Assembly: GCA_040289575.1 (NCBI GenBank)
Contig: PSLL01000002.1
Location: 1-26,863, forward strand
Length of the DNA stretch: 26,863 bases
Direction: 5' to 3'
Source of the DNA: Candidatus Dadabacteria bacterium
GTDB lineage: Bacteria > Desulfobacterota_D > UBA1144 > Nemesobacterales > CSP1-2
The position numbers and the translations under genes were made by a program. The notes beneath the pieces are model-generated. The model saw only the letters and a list, made by a program, of their open reading frames with translations, was not told where the DNA came from and did not search any database. Shown here in pieces: positions 1-9,500 of this stretch; the stretch's first letter is position 1, and each line of letters opens with the position of its first letter.

Positions 1-38
1 ATCCTCACATGGATGAGGAGTTCTAATTAAAATCCCTT

Positions 39-80
39 GTAGGGCGAATCGGATGGTACTGCCGATTCGCCCCAGACTAC
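39..80. repeat. GTAG-type REP-like palindrome
   Basis: GTAG at 39-42, GGGCGAATCGG (42-52) is the perfect inverse of CCGATTCGCCC (62-72), CTAC at 77-80; lies downstream of the cofC stop. Confidence 0.65.
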
Positions 81-152
81 AATTACAATACGGAATCTAC
101 ACAACGTAAAATTTTGTAATAAAGGGAGTTCAAAGGAGTATCTATTCCAACA

Positions 153-800
153 CTATGGGTCTTTTATATAACCTATTCTGATTAGTTTCTCATAGGCTTT
201 TGTATGGCTCTTTCTTGATGCAAATAAAACTAGGTCTTCAGGCCCATCTATGTCGAGGGCAATCCTTGGGAGGTTGTAGACTTCAAAGGGTATATTTTTT
301 TGTCTTGATTCGTAAATGTGCTTTTTAAAGCTGTCATATCCAAATCGCGAGGGAATCACATCGGGCGGTTTTCTGAGTATTGCATTTGTTCCCATCCCAT
401 CTCTTGCAGGTACGAGTATAACCGAAGGATGGGGTTTTTCTTTTTCTAAAATAAAATCTACGTCCTCATGTGTTATAAGCGGTGCATCTCCCGGAATAAC
501 GAGAACTGATTGTGCCCCCATGTTTTTACAGATTTTTGACGCATAATCTACCGATGTGCTCTCACCCTCTTGTTTTACCTCCTTGATAATTTCTACATCC
601 AGGCTATTGGCAAGCTCTATTGCGTTTTCATCCAATGTTACGACAAAAAGCCGATCTAGAAGCCTTGAGCTTTTCATGGCTCTAAGCACATCCTCTAGCA
701 TCGCATAAGCAAGGGCGGTTCTATTAGGTTGAGAAAGAACTGAAGAAAGCCTCTCCTTTGCTCTTGATAGGTCCTTTACAGGAATGAGGGCGAATTTCAT
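153..800 (-). CDS. cofC: 2-phospho-L-lactate/phosphoenolpyruvate guanylyltransferase (coenzyme F420 biosynthesis, CofC/FbiD)
   Basis: 215 aa with CofC motifs LIPVKDLSRAKERLS, AMLEDVL, VIPGDAPLI, DGMGTNAIL, RFGYDSFKKH and LDIDGPEDL. Confidence 0.88.
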   Translation of the reverse strand: MKFALIPVKDLSRAKERLSSVLSQPNRTALAYAMLEDVLRAMKSSRLLDRLFVVTLDENAIELANSLDVEIIKEVKQEGESTSVDYASKICKNMGAQSVLVIPGDAPLITHEDVDFILEKEKPHPSVILVPARDGMGTNAILRKPPDVIPSRFGYDSFKKHIYESRQKNIPFEVYNLPRIALDIDGPEDLVLFASRKSHTKAYEKLIRIGYIKDP

Positions 801-889
801 TTATCAACAATTTACAGGGGATTATTGATAATTTCTATATCTGATTTTATGATATTAGCTAGACGGAATTTGATTAGTAGCACAAAGAT

Positions 890-914
890 GAAGGGGCATG
901 TAACATGCCTCCAC
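890..914. repeat. degenerate GTAG-type REP-like hairpin
   Basis: GAAGGGGCATG-TAA-CATGCCTCCAC imperfect palindrome between the CMD gene and cofC. Confidence 0.45.
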
Positions 915-934
915 TTATTATCGTCGTTAAATAT

Positions 935-1711
935 TTAGCATCCGCAATCTATGTCCGGTTTTGCCTTCATTTCTGGACTGGCTGTGACCTCCCTGCCTCC
1001 CGATGTCGCTTTAACCTTTTCTTCTTCTCTGGCTTTTACATTTGCGAGCGTTTCCATTGCTATTGAGGTATGTGCGTAGCATGCCCCTGCCGCCATGACC
1101 ATTCCCACATTTATTGCCTCTGCCATCTCCTGCTTTGTTGCTCCGAGACTCAGCGCGTCTTTTACACATCCCCTAATACAGTACGGACACCGTGTCATGT
1201 GGGCGCAGGCAAGCCCCATAAGACCCCTTTTCATCTTTTTGCTAAGTACGCCGTCCGCAAAGACCTTTTCGTGAAAAGCCATAAAAGGCTTCGATATATC
1301 TCCGCTTGCCTCCCTAAAATGGGCGATTTCATGTGTTATATCTTTTTTAAAGAAATGCCCTTCTGTAAGAGGTATTCCATTCTCTATAGCCTCGTAAGCC
1401 TCCATTGCTATGCTTGAATACGCAAACGGTGCTCCCATAGCAAAACGCATTGCCACATAAATCGCCTCTACGATCTCCCCGTCTGTTGCCCCGTGCCTTT
1501 TAGAATTCAATACTCTTCCTCTAATGCAATAAGGGCACCTTGTAATGTGAGCGCCAGCCACGGCTATGAGTTCTTTTTCTTTTTTGCTGAGTGCCCCGTC
1601 TGTAAACACACTATCATGGAAACCCATCCATGCCTGATAGAGATCGGAGTTTATCTTTTTAAAGAGACCAATATCTTGAGTTATATCTTTCTTAAACATA
1701 TATTCTGTCAT
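935..1711 (-). CDS. tandem carboxymuconolactone decarboxylase/AhpD-like protein (two CxxC domains, C-terminal CGC)
   Basis: Internal duplication: FKKDIT...VFxDGxLSKK...AHxTRCPYCIRG...GATxxExxEAIxV occurs twice (CPYC at 1526-1537 and 1178-1189). GGAGG RBS upstream. Confidence 0.85.
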   Translation of the reverse strand: MTEYMFKKDITQDIGLFKKINSDLYQAWMGFHDSVFTDGALSKKEKELIAVAGAHITRCPYCIRGRVLNSKRHGATDGEIVEAIYVAMRFAMGAPFAYSSIAMEAYEAIENGIPLTEGHFFKKDITHEIAHFREASGDISKPFMAFHEKVFADGVLSKKMKRGLMGLACAHMTRCPYCIRGCVKDALSLGATKQEMAEAINVGMVMAAGACYAHTSIAMETLANVKAREEEKVKATSGGREVTASPEMKAKPDIDCGC

Positions 1712-1731
1712 TTTAAAACCTCCTTTTCTCT

Positions 1732-2310
1732 TTAATTGGGTTCTAATAGTTTCAAGACGGCTTTGGCTCCTTCAGTAATCGGCTCTAAGGTTTTATGTGT
1801 CTTGACCATAATAATTGCCCCTTCAACCTGAGAGAGAATAAGTTGAGCTGTTAATCTAGGACTTATATCGCATCTGAACTCGCCTTCTCTAATCCCCTCA
1901 TCTATACATTTTTCAATCGCCTTTTCCCATTTTCTGAAGAAGACGCTCAATTGCCTTCTGAATCTCTCACTCACATCGCTCATCTCAATTGCCAGATTTC
2001 CAAACGGACAGCCGTATTTGCATTTAAGACTTCTGTGGAAGTTAGCTACCCGATTGTAGAACCGCTGAAGTCGCTTTTTAGGAGAAAGAGAAATCTCGCC
2101 GAGCGTAGGGAAAATAACATTGGATTCAAACTGTTTCATCCTCCTATCTAGGGCCTCAAGAGCCAGCTCTTCTTTGCTCCTGAAATAGTAGTAGAGGTTG
2201 CTCTTTGTTACTCCTGTTGTCTGTGCGATTTCATCTACTGTTGTTGTCTGATAACCATTTTTGTGTAATAGATATGTGGCGGCTTGGATGATTTTCTCCC
2301 TACTTTTCAT
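1732..2310 (-). CDS. TetR/AcrR family transcriptional regulator (NemR/YxaF-like)
   Basis: N-terminal HTH GYQTTTVDEIAQTTGVTKSNLYYYFRSKEEL; C-terminal GCPFGNLAIEMS motif. Confidence 0.9.
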   Translation of the reverse strand: MKSREKIIQAATYLLHKNGYQTTTVDEIAQTTGVTKSNLYYYFRSKEELALEALDRRMKQFESNVIFPTLGEISLSPKKRLQRFYNRVANFHRSLKCKYGCPFGNLAIEMSDVSERFRRQLSVFFRKWEKAIEKCIDEGIREGEFRCDISPRLTAQLILSQVEGAIIMVKTHKTLEPITEGAKAVLKLLEPN

Positions 2311-2326
2311 TTTGGGCTTACCCTAA

Positions 2327-2358
2327 AAAATTAGTACCAACCAGTCAGTACTAATTTT
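2327..2358. promoter_or_regulatory. palindromic TetR-type operator
   Basis: AAAATTAGTAC-N10-GTACTAATTTT, a perfect 11-bp inverted repeat about 16 bp upstream of the tetR start, overlapping the predicted -10 box. Confidence 0.75.
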
Positions 2359-2383
2359 AAAACATATGGATGGAACTTGTCAA
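2354..2383 (-). promoter_or_regulatory. sigma70-type promoter for the tetR-CMD operon
   Basis: Minus strand TTGACA (2383-2378), 18-nt spacer, TAAAAT (2359-2354). Confidence 0.65.
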
Positions 2384-2614
2384 TAGAGTTTTTTTTGGAC
2401 TTGCCTGCATTGATTGACTACAATAAACCCCACAGGCGCTCGGCAGGTCGTCCTGGGTTTAATAGGAAAATCCTCTGGATTAAATCCAATTTCGGATGGA
2501 TTGATTAGGTTTCTGGAGGGTATGATAAGTGATATTAGGCACGGTTAATTTTGAATCTCCTTTGATAGCCAAATTCAACCCGTCAGACCCGAATTATTCG
2601 ACACAATGTCATTC

Positions 2615-2643
2615 TTGAAACTTTTCCCTAACTGGTATAGATT
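2615..2643 (+). promoter_or_regulatory. possible sigma70 promoter for the PpiD-like gene
   Basis: TTGAAA (2615-2620), 17-nt spacer, TAGATT (2638-2643). Confidence 0.35.
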
Positions 2644-2667
2644 TTAGTACAATAAGGGGTTCTCATA

Positions 2668-4263
2668 ATGCTTCTCGATTTATTAAGAAAAAGCCAGGGT
2701 TGGTTTGTAAAAGGCATATTGATTTTACTCGCAATAACGTTTGTTGTGGGATTCGGATTTAACTATAGCCGATTCGGCTTTGGGGGAAAAGTCGCTCAGG
2801 GCAATGCCGCAGAGGTAAACGGGGAGGGGATACCTATTTTAGATTTCTACAGAGCGAGAGATCGTCTTCGCAGGCAGTACCAACAGAGCGGCGCTCCTGA
2901 AGGAGCTTTGAATTACAACTTTATTGATATTGCCGTGCTCGATCAACTAATTGATCTGAAACTCCTGTCTCAGAAGGCTAAGGAGCTTGGATTCAGGGTT
3001 ACGGATCAGGAACTCAGTGAATCCATAAAGTCTGACCCAGCCTTTCAGGTAGACGGAAGATTCATAGGGGGACAAGCCTATAGGAGCCTTGTAGAGCAGG
3101 GCTTAAATGAAAGCGTATCCGAATTTGAAAAAAGGTATAGAGACGAACTCCTCGCTCAGAAGCTTGTGAATTTTATATTCGAGACGGCAAGCCTTACGGA
3201 TAATGAGCTTTTTAACATATATAGAATCCGGAACGAAAAGGTGAATCTCTACTTTGTGAGTTTTTCGCCAGGGGATTTTAGGGGTCATTTTCCGTTGAGC
3301 GAGGATGACATAAAGAGATATTATGAAAGCCATAAGGGTGAATTCAAGACCCCGGAGCTTAGAAAGATTCGTTACATTGTCATTAGCCCTAAGGATTTTG
3401 AAAATAAGGTAAACGTGTTCCCGGATGAAATCGCGTCATATTACAATGCACATCTGGATGAGTTCAAAACCGGAGGGGAAACTCGCCCATTGTCCGGGGT
3501 AAAGGAGGAGATTGAGACAAAGATTAAAAAGCGGGGTGCAGATGCCCTGTTTAGAGAGTTTGTCCAGAACCTTCAAGGGCTGCTTAACAAGGAATCTCTA
3601 GATGAGATAGCAAAGTCTAATGGGTTGAAGGGAGCGGATGAGGTGGGTCCATTTTCAGCAAATTCGAACCCGACTGGGATTCCGCCTCAGGTTGTAGAAA
3701 GGGCATTTTCAGTTAAAAAGGGAGAAAAGACCGTTTCTCAATCCGGAGACAAGGTATATGCTATTGATGTTGCCGATGTAATACCCTCGAGAGAAAAGAG
3801 TCTGAAAGAGGCAGAGGATGAGATTCGGGAGCATCTCACTGATGCGAAGGCAAAAGAAATTGCCGAGGCAAAGGCGAAAGAGATTCTTAAAATTGCACAA
3901 TCCGGTGAAGGCTTAGAGAAAGCGGCGATTTCACTTGGGCTTCATCTGGATGAGACTGGATACTTCTCCCGTGTTGACTCTGTTCCCAAGGTCAATTCTG
4001 ATGAATTAAAAGTGGACGCCTTTTTGCTGACTGATAAGAGCCCCTTGGCTCCCCGTGTCTATGTCACCGGCGATAAATTCTATGTAGTGTCCCTTAAAGA
4101 GAGGCGTGAGGCCGATCATAGAGAGTTTATAGAAAAAAAGGCCGAACTGAGAGAGAATGAACTTTCCCAAATGAGAAGGCACCTCTATATAGACTTGATT
4201 CGAGAACTAAGGCAGACATCAAAGATTGCGATTAATCAGAATCTTATCTCTCCTCAGGGGTAA
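2668..4263 (+). CDS. PpiD/SurA N-terminal-domain periplasmic folding chaperone, membrane anchored
   Basis: N-terminal TM anchor (KGILILLAITFVVGFG), AEVNGEGI, LDQLIDLKLLSQKAKELGFRVTDQEL...PAFQVDGRF, DIKRYYESHKGEFKTPELRKIRYI. The rotamase domain looks degenerate. Confidence 0.8.
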   Translation: MLLDLLRKSQGWFVKGILILLAITFVVGFGFNYSRFGFGGKVAQGNAAEVNGEGIPILDFYRARDRLRRQYQQSGAPEGALNYNFIDIAVLDQLIDLKLLSQKAKELGFRVTDQELSESIKSDPAFQVDGRFIGGQAYRSLVEQGLNESVSEFEKRYRDELLAQKLVNFIFETASLTDNELFNIYRIRNEKVNLYFVSFSPGDFRGHFPLSEDDIKRYYESHKGEFKTPELRKIRYIVISPKDFENKVNVFPDEIASYYNAHLDEFKTGGETRPLSGVKEEIETKIKKRGADALFREFVQNLQGLLNKESLDEIAKSNGLKGADEVGPFSANSNPTGIPPQVVERAFSVKKGEKTVSQSGDKVYAIDVADVIPSREKSLKEAEDEIREHLTDAKAKEIAEAKAKEILKIAQSGEGLEKAAISLGLHLDETGYFSRVDSVPKVNSDELKVDAFLLTDKSPLAPRVYVTGDKFYVVSLKERREADHREFIEKKAELRENELSQMRRHLYIDLIRELRQTSKIAINQNLISPQG

Positions 4264-4317
4264 TCGTGGTAAGGACAGGTTTGAAATCTCCTCCACGATG
4301 TTATGGAGTAGAACATA

Positions 4318-6381
4318 ATGGGGACAAAAAGGGCGCTTATAATCGGTTCAGACAGGGATTCTTTTTTACCCATAGAGCGGTTTCTTAAATCAAGGGGTTT
4401 CATTACCACAGTAGCATTAAATTATAAAGAGGGATTTGACAGGCTGTTTTATGAGAAACCAGATATTGCTATAGTGTTAGAGCTTATTTCATATAAACTG
4501 AGTCCCGCTCTAATAGAGAAGATAAATAGCTCCGGATACTTTGAGGTGGTTGATATTGAAAAGGGCAGGATCGGAGGGAAGTTGAAGCCCGTAATAGTAA
4601 TCGAAGCCGATCGCCTCGACGCACTGACCGCCTTTATTGAATCTTATCTTAATTCGAGCCAATCTCCTCCCGCCTCTGCCAAATCCGGTGTAGAGGAAAG
4701 GGGCGATCTTGAAGAGATTTCCTATCCGAGGCTTTTATTAAAACTATACCGCGATAAGCGTACCGGAATTCTAGTTATCAGCTCAAGGGTCAAACTCAAG
4801 CTCTATTTTGCAAAAGGGATTCCCATATTTGTCGAGGGAGGGGACTTAGAGACAGCCCTTGGAAGGATGCTTATGAAGAGCGGAAAAGTCAGTAAGGCCG
4901 ACCACGAAAGGGCTGTGGAGGCTGCGGCAAAAAGCAAACGGAGAATCGGGGATGTTCTGGTCGAGATGGGCTTAGTATCACCCCACGAACTCAATAGCTT
5001 TCTCGAGCTTCAGGTAAAGGAAAAGATCATAAATGGTTTTAAATGCCTCCAGGGCACATATATTTTCAAACCCGAAAGTAGCTTTGTAAGTAGGATCATG
5101 GGTTACTTGGGCTACAAAATCAATCTGCTTCAGGTTTTGTATGAGGGTGTAAAACGATTTGTTGATATATCGAGGGTTGAAGAGGTTTTCTCTGTTAAGG
5201 ATGGAGACAGTTCTGAAATCAAATTAAATCCGAATCTGAAAACGGAAGTAGGCGACATTGGTTTCAATCCTAGAGAGTCGAGGTTTATACAGCTCCTTAA
5301 AGATGGACCGGTTAATAATGATGTATTAAGCATAAGTAGATTAAGCAGGGAAGAAGCGCTGAAGCTACTTTATTTTCTCCACTTGATTGATTTATTGGAG
5401 GTATCGAATCCGAGAAGACCTCATCCGGAGGTAAAAGACCAAGCCGTTGATGTATCGAGCGGGAACCGGGAGGTCACCAAAGAGGTTATTACATATCAAG
5501 AGGATGTAATAACTCTCGAAGAAGAAGTTGCAGAGACTGAATCAAAACCGCTTCTGGAGGGGACAGGCAGTGTCGGATTAGAGAAATCTAAAGCCTTCTG
5601 TGAAGAAGAAATTAAATCAGATAGAGTAAAAAAGGAGAAGAAAAAGGTGATTACGGATGAGATTCTAAAGCTCTACTCCGCGCTAAGTCAGAAAAACTAC
5701 TATGAACTCCTCGGTGTTAGTATAGACTCTAAGAAAGACGAGATACGCACTGCCTACTTCAGTCTTGCAAAGAAATTCCATCCCGATACCCATCCCGATC
5801 TAGACAAAGATGTAAAGGAAAAGGCCGAGGATATCTTTGCGACAATCACAGCGGCTTATCAAACTCTTTCTGACGACCAAAAGCGCGCCCAGTATGATTC
5901 TCAAATTCAGATAGGAAGGTTCCAAGAGGTTAAAGCCTCTTATGATGCGGAGGTCGCCTATAGAAAAGGAGAGGTACTACTTAAACAAAGAAGGTTTGAG
6001 GAGGCGAGGCAGGAATTTAAGAATGCCGTTAACCTAAGCCCGAATGAATCCGCCTATATTGGAGCCCTTGCCTGGGCTATATTCTTAGGAACGATGGATA
6101 AGGACAGGGTCGTACACGACGTAACAAAACAGCTTCAAAAAGCCATTGATTTGAATCCAAGTCTCCCTCAGAATTACTATTATCTAGGATGTGTTTATAA
6201 GTATGCGGAGAGCGAAAGCCAAGCCGAAGTGTGCTTTCTAAAAGCCCTGAAGTATGACCCCGAGTACATAGAGGCAAAGAGGGAACTCAGACTAATTCAG
6301 ATGCGAAAATCTGAGAAAAAGGAAGATAAAGGCAAGGACAAAAAAGACAAGAGTTTTTGGCCAAATTTATTCAATAAATAA
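4318..6381 (+). CDS. multidomain protein: degenerate receiver-like N-terminus, DUF4388/PATAN-like region with MshEN-like motifs, DnaJ J-domain, TPR repeats
   Basis: J-domain NYYELLGV...AYFSLAKKFHPD...AYQTLSDDQKRAQYD; C-terminal TPRs; LLKLYRDKRTGILVI...LYFAKGIP; tandem (R)LG/IGxxLxxxGxV motifs. Confidence 0.75.
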   Translation: MGTKRALIIGSDRDSFLPIERFLKSRGFITTVALNYKEGFDRLFYEKPDIAIVLELISYKLSPALIEKINSSGYFEVVDIEKGRIGGKLKPVIVIEADRLDALTAFIESYLNSSQSPPASAKSGVEERGDLEEISYPRLLLKLYRDKRTGILVISSRVKLKLYFAKGIPIFVEGGDLETALGRMLMKSGKVSKADHERAVEAAAKSKRRIGDVLVEMGLVSPHELNSFLELQVKEKIINGFKCLQGTYIFKPESSFVSRIMGYLGYKINLLQVLYEGVKRFVDISRVEEVFSVKDGDSSEIKLNPNLKTEVGDIGFNPRESRFIQLLKDGPVNNDVLSISRLSREEALKLLYFLHLIDLLEVSNPRRPHPEVKDQAVDVSSGNREVTKEVITYQEDVITLEEEVAETESKPLLEGTGSVGLEKSKAFCEEEIKSDRVKKEKKKVITDEILKLYSALSQKNYYELLGVSIDSKKDEIRTAYFSLAKKFHPDTHPDLDKDVKEKAEDIFATITAAYQTLSDDQKRAQYDSQIQIGRFQEVKASYDAEVAYRKGEVLLKQRRFEEARQEFKNAVNLSPNESAYIGALAWAIFLGTMDKDRVVHDVTKQLQKAIDLNPSLPQNYYYLGCVYKYAESESQAEVCFLKALKYDPEYIEAKRELRLIQMRKSEKKEDKGKDKKDKSFWPNLFNK

Positions 6382-6403
6382 TATCATAATTGTCCATTCG
6401 ACT

Positions 6404-6430
6404 ATGGGGGTGTTTGCAAGCCACCTCTAC
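6404..6430 (-). repeat. GTAG-type REP-like hairpin
   Basis: Minus strand reads GTAGAGGTGGCTTGCAAACACCCCCAT, an imperfect hairpin just after the J-domain gene stop. Confidence 0.45.
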
Positions 6431-6484
6431 TACGGATAGTTGTATGGTTAATTTTTAAGGCATACAATAATTTATATTTACTTC

Positions 6485-6513
6485 TTTACAATTTGCTTTA
6501 ATTGTGATACTAT
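6485..6513 (+). promoter_or_regulatory. sigma70 promoter with extended -10 for smc
   Basis: TTTACA (6485-6490), 17-nt spacer ending TGA, TACTAT (6508-6513); ATG 14 nt downstream with no clear Shine-Dalgarno. Confidence 0.5.
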
Positions 6514-6527
6514 TCGATTTCTAAGAA

Positions 6528-9500
6528 ATGAGAATCAAATCCCTCGAGATCGTCGGCTTTAAATCATTCTATGAAAAGACTACCATCTATTTTCAAAGTG
6601 GAATAAACGCCATAGTAGGCCCCAATGGATGCGGGAAATCCAATGTACTCGATGCAATACGCTGGGTTCTTGGGGAACAGAACCCCAGGCGCCTGAGGGC
6701 CGAGGGGATGGAAGATATGGTATCCAACGGCAGCGAAGCCTTAAAGCCCCTCGGTATGGCTGAGGTTTCACTCTTGCTCACGGATGTTTCGGGGGAGGGA
6801 TTTAATGAGGTCGTAGTCAAGCGTAGGCTATTTCGTTCGGGGGAAAGTGAGTATTACATAAATGGTACCCCTTGCAGGCTAAAGGACATAACCGAGATGT
6901 TTATGGATACTGGTGCTGGGACGAGGGCTTATTCCACAATAGACCAGGGGAGGATTGAGCATTTAATTACGGCAAAGCCTGAGGACAGAAGAGCAATAAT
7001 AGAGGAGGTCGCCGGAATTATAAAATACAGAATAAGGCGCCGCGAGACCGAAAGGCGGATTGAGTCTACAAGGGAAAACCTAAGGCGGGTAAAGGACGTA
7101 ATAGATGAGGTAAATCGCCAGATGGTAGCCCTCAGCCATCAGGCAAAGGACGCCGAGGAGTTTAAACGCCTCTCTGATGAAGCTAGGTATCTTGAACTCG
7201 GTATAACCCGTTCAAAGCTCTGCGCGGCAGAAGAGGAAAAAAGGGCTATCCTCTTACAGAAGTCGGGGTTAGAGAACGCGCTATCTTCTCTGGTAGAGAT
7301 AATAAGGGAAAAAGAAGCGCTTCTTGAGGGTATGAGATCAGAGATATCTCTATTTGATCGCAGGCTTGAGGATTTGGAAAAAGGGGCTTATGAAATCAAA
7401 TCAGACCTGCATGTAAAAGAGGCCCTTGAAGAGGTAAGGAGGAGCGAAATTTCAGGAATCGATCAATTCATTGAGAAATTAGAGAAGGAGATCGAATCTC
7501 TCAATGATGAGAGTGAAAGAGCGGCCATTCAGATTGATTTTAAGAAAAGGAATCTCGAAGAGATAAACTCAGATTTATCCTCTAAAGAGACCGAGGTTAT
7601 GCAAAAAGAAGAGGAACTCTCCAGACTTAGATCAAGGCTTATAGAAATCCGACATGGAATTGAGAGCACAAGGACAGCTCTTTTTGATGCCCTTGATAAG
7701 CACGGCGCGCTAAGGAGCACGGCTTTCGGATACGAAAAGGAAATAGCGGATTTAAAATCCAGACACGAGCGGACAAAAAGGGAGATAGAAGAGGTAGGGC
7801 ATGAAAAGGAAAAGACGTTCTCTCGAATCCTAGAGCTTGAGCGTATTCTAGAAGGTGTTCAGGAGCGCAGGGTCGAAATTGAAGGGATGAAAAAGGGTAT
7901 GCTCTCACGCCTTTCTGTGCTGAGTATAGATGGGGAGGCGAAGAAAAAGGAAAGCGCGTCTCTCGGCGAGTGTCTTAAAGAGGTCCACTCAAGGCTTAAT
8001 GCCCTTAAGCAGATTGAGATGGGGTATGAGTGGCTTCCCGAGGGGATAGGAAAATTTCTTATTGAAGAAAAGGGCAATGGAATTCTGGGGGTAATTGCGG
8101 ATTTTGTTTCAGTCCCAAGGGGCTATGAGCGGGCGCTTGAGGCGGCGTTTGGAGATAGGCTCAAATGGGTTCTCGTTAAAGAGAGCGAGGAGGCGCTCAG
8201 GGCTGTGGATTCACTGAAAGAACGATCCATTGGAAGGGGTACGTTTGTCCCTATTGTCAATAATGGAAAGAAGAATGGGCATTTCGAGAAAAATGGAAAA
8301 GACACTGTACCGCTTTGGGAGATGATTAAGGTTGAGGGAATAGATAGGGGCGTAATTGAGGATATGCTAAGGGGTGTATTTGTGGTCTCTTCTCTTAGGG
8401 AAGCCATTAATTTGAGGGACGAAATTGAGGAGGGAACGTTTGTCACGCCCGATGGCGACCTGCTTCATCCTACGGGTGCAATCTCAGGTGGAGTCAGCAC
8501 CGAAGGGGTGTTTGAGAGAAAAAGGGAGATTGAAGAACTCTCATCTCAGATTCAAAGCCTGGATATGAAGCTCAGTAAGGTTTTAAAAGAGATAGATATG
8601 AACAGAGAAGAGGTTGAAAAGCTCCAGGGCGCGATTGAGGATATTGAGAAGGAGTCTGTAAGGGTTGGAATAGAAGAGGCTGAGATCAGAAAAGACATAT
8701 CCAACCTTCAAGACAGCATTACAAAAATCGAGAGGCGTTATGAGATAATCGGATTTGACATAAGAGGAATTGATTCTGAGATTCAGGAAAAAGAAGCGGG
8801 GCTTAAAGAGACGCTCTTGCATTTAAAAACCATTGAGGATGATAAGGCAATTATTGAGGAAAAATTTGGCAGTCTTAAAGAGGACATTCAGAGATTAGAG
8901 GGAAGTGAAAAGGCACTCGATAGGGAGATTACAAATCTGAGAATTGAGATCGCCGCGCTTTCGGAGAAGAAGAAGGGTATTGAGGAGAACTTAGATGAAC
9001 TCAGAAAGAAGCAAGAGGGGATAAAAGAGAGAATCGCCATTGAATCAGAAGAGATAGAGAAAAGGAAAAGGGATAAACTCAATCTCATCAAAACAGATGA
9101 AGATACAAAATTGGAGATTCAACGACTTTTGGCGGCTCTTCATGAAAAGGAGGAAGAGCTAAACGCTGAGAGAGGCAAAAGGGATGTAATTTTAACTCAA
9201 ATTAAGGCCGTGCAGGAAGAGAAGGAGAGACTCGAAGGGCAAATAGCCGAGGTGGAAAAGAGCTTAAGCTCTCTTGAATTCCGTCTAAGTGGGGTTGAGA
9301 TTGAAATTAACCACCTCAAGGACTTCCTTCGGGAGGGCGGTTTCGATATGGATCGAATTGACAGCTCCCAATTTAAGATTGCGGATCTTAAGAGCGAAGA
9401 AGCCAGGCTTCGGGAACTCAAAGAAAAGATAGAGAAATTTGGTCTCGTAAACCTCCTTGCGCCGGATGAGTACAAGAGCCTCGAAGAGAGATTTAAGTTC

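Noticed and set aside
1..26. Possible 3' end of a plus-strand gene (...PHMDEEF*)
   Set aside because: Too little sequence to support a call.
935..946. Possible selenocysteine read-through at the Cys-rich C-terminus of the CMD protein
   Set aside because: The stop is TAA and all cysteines use TGC/TGT; there is no in-frame TGA.
2398..2520. Imperfect hairpins in the tetR-ppiD intergenic region as an ncRNA
   Set aside because: Stems are short, rely on G-U pairs and match no family I recognise.
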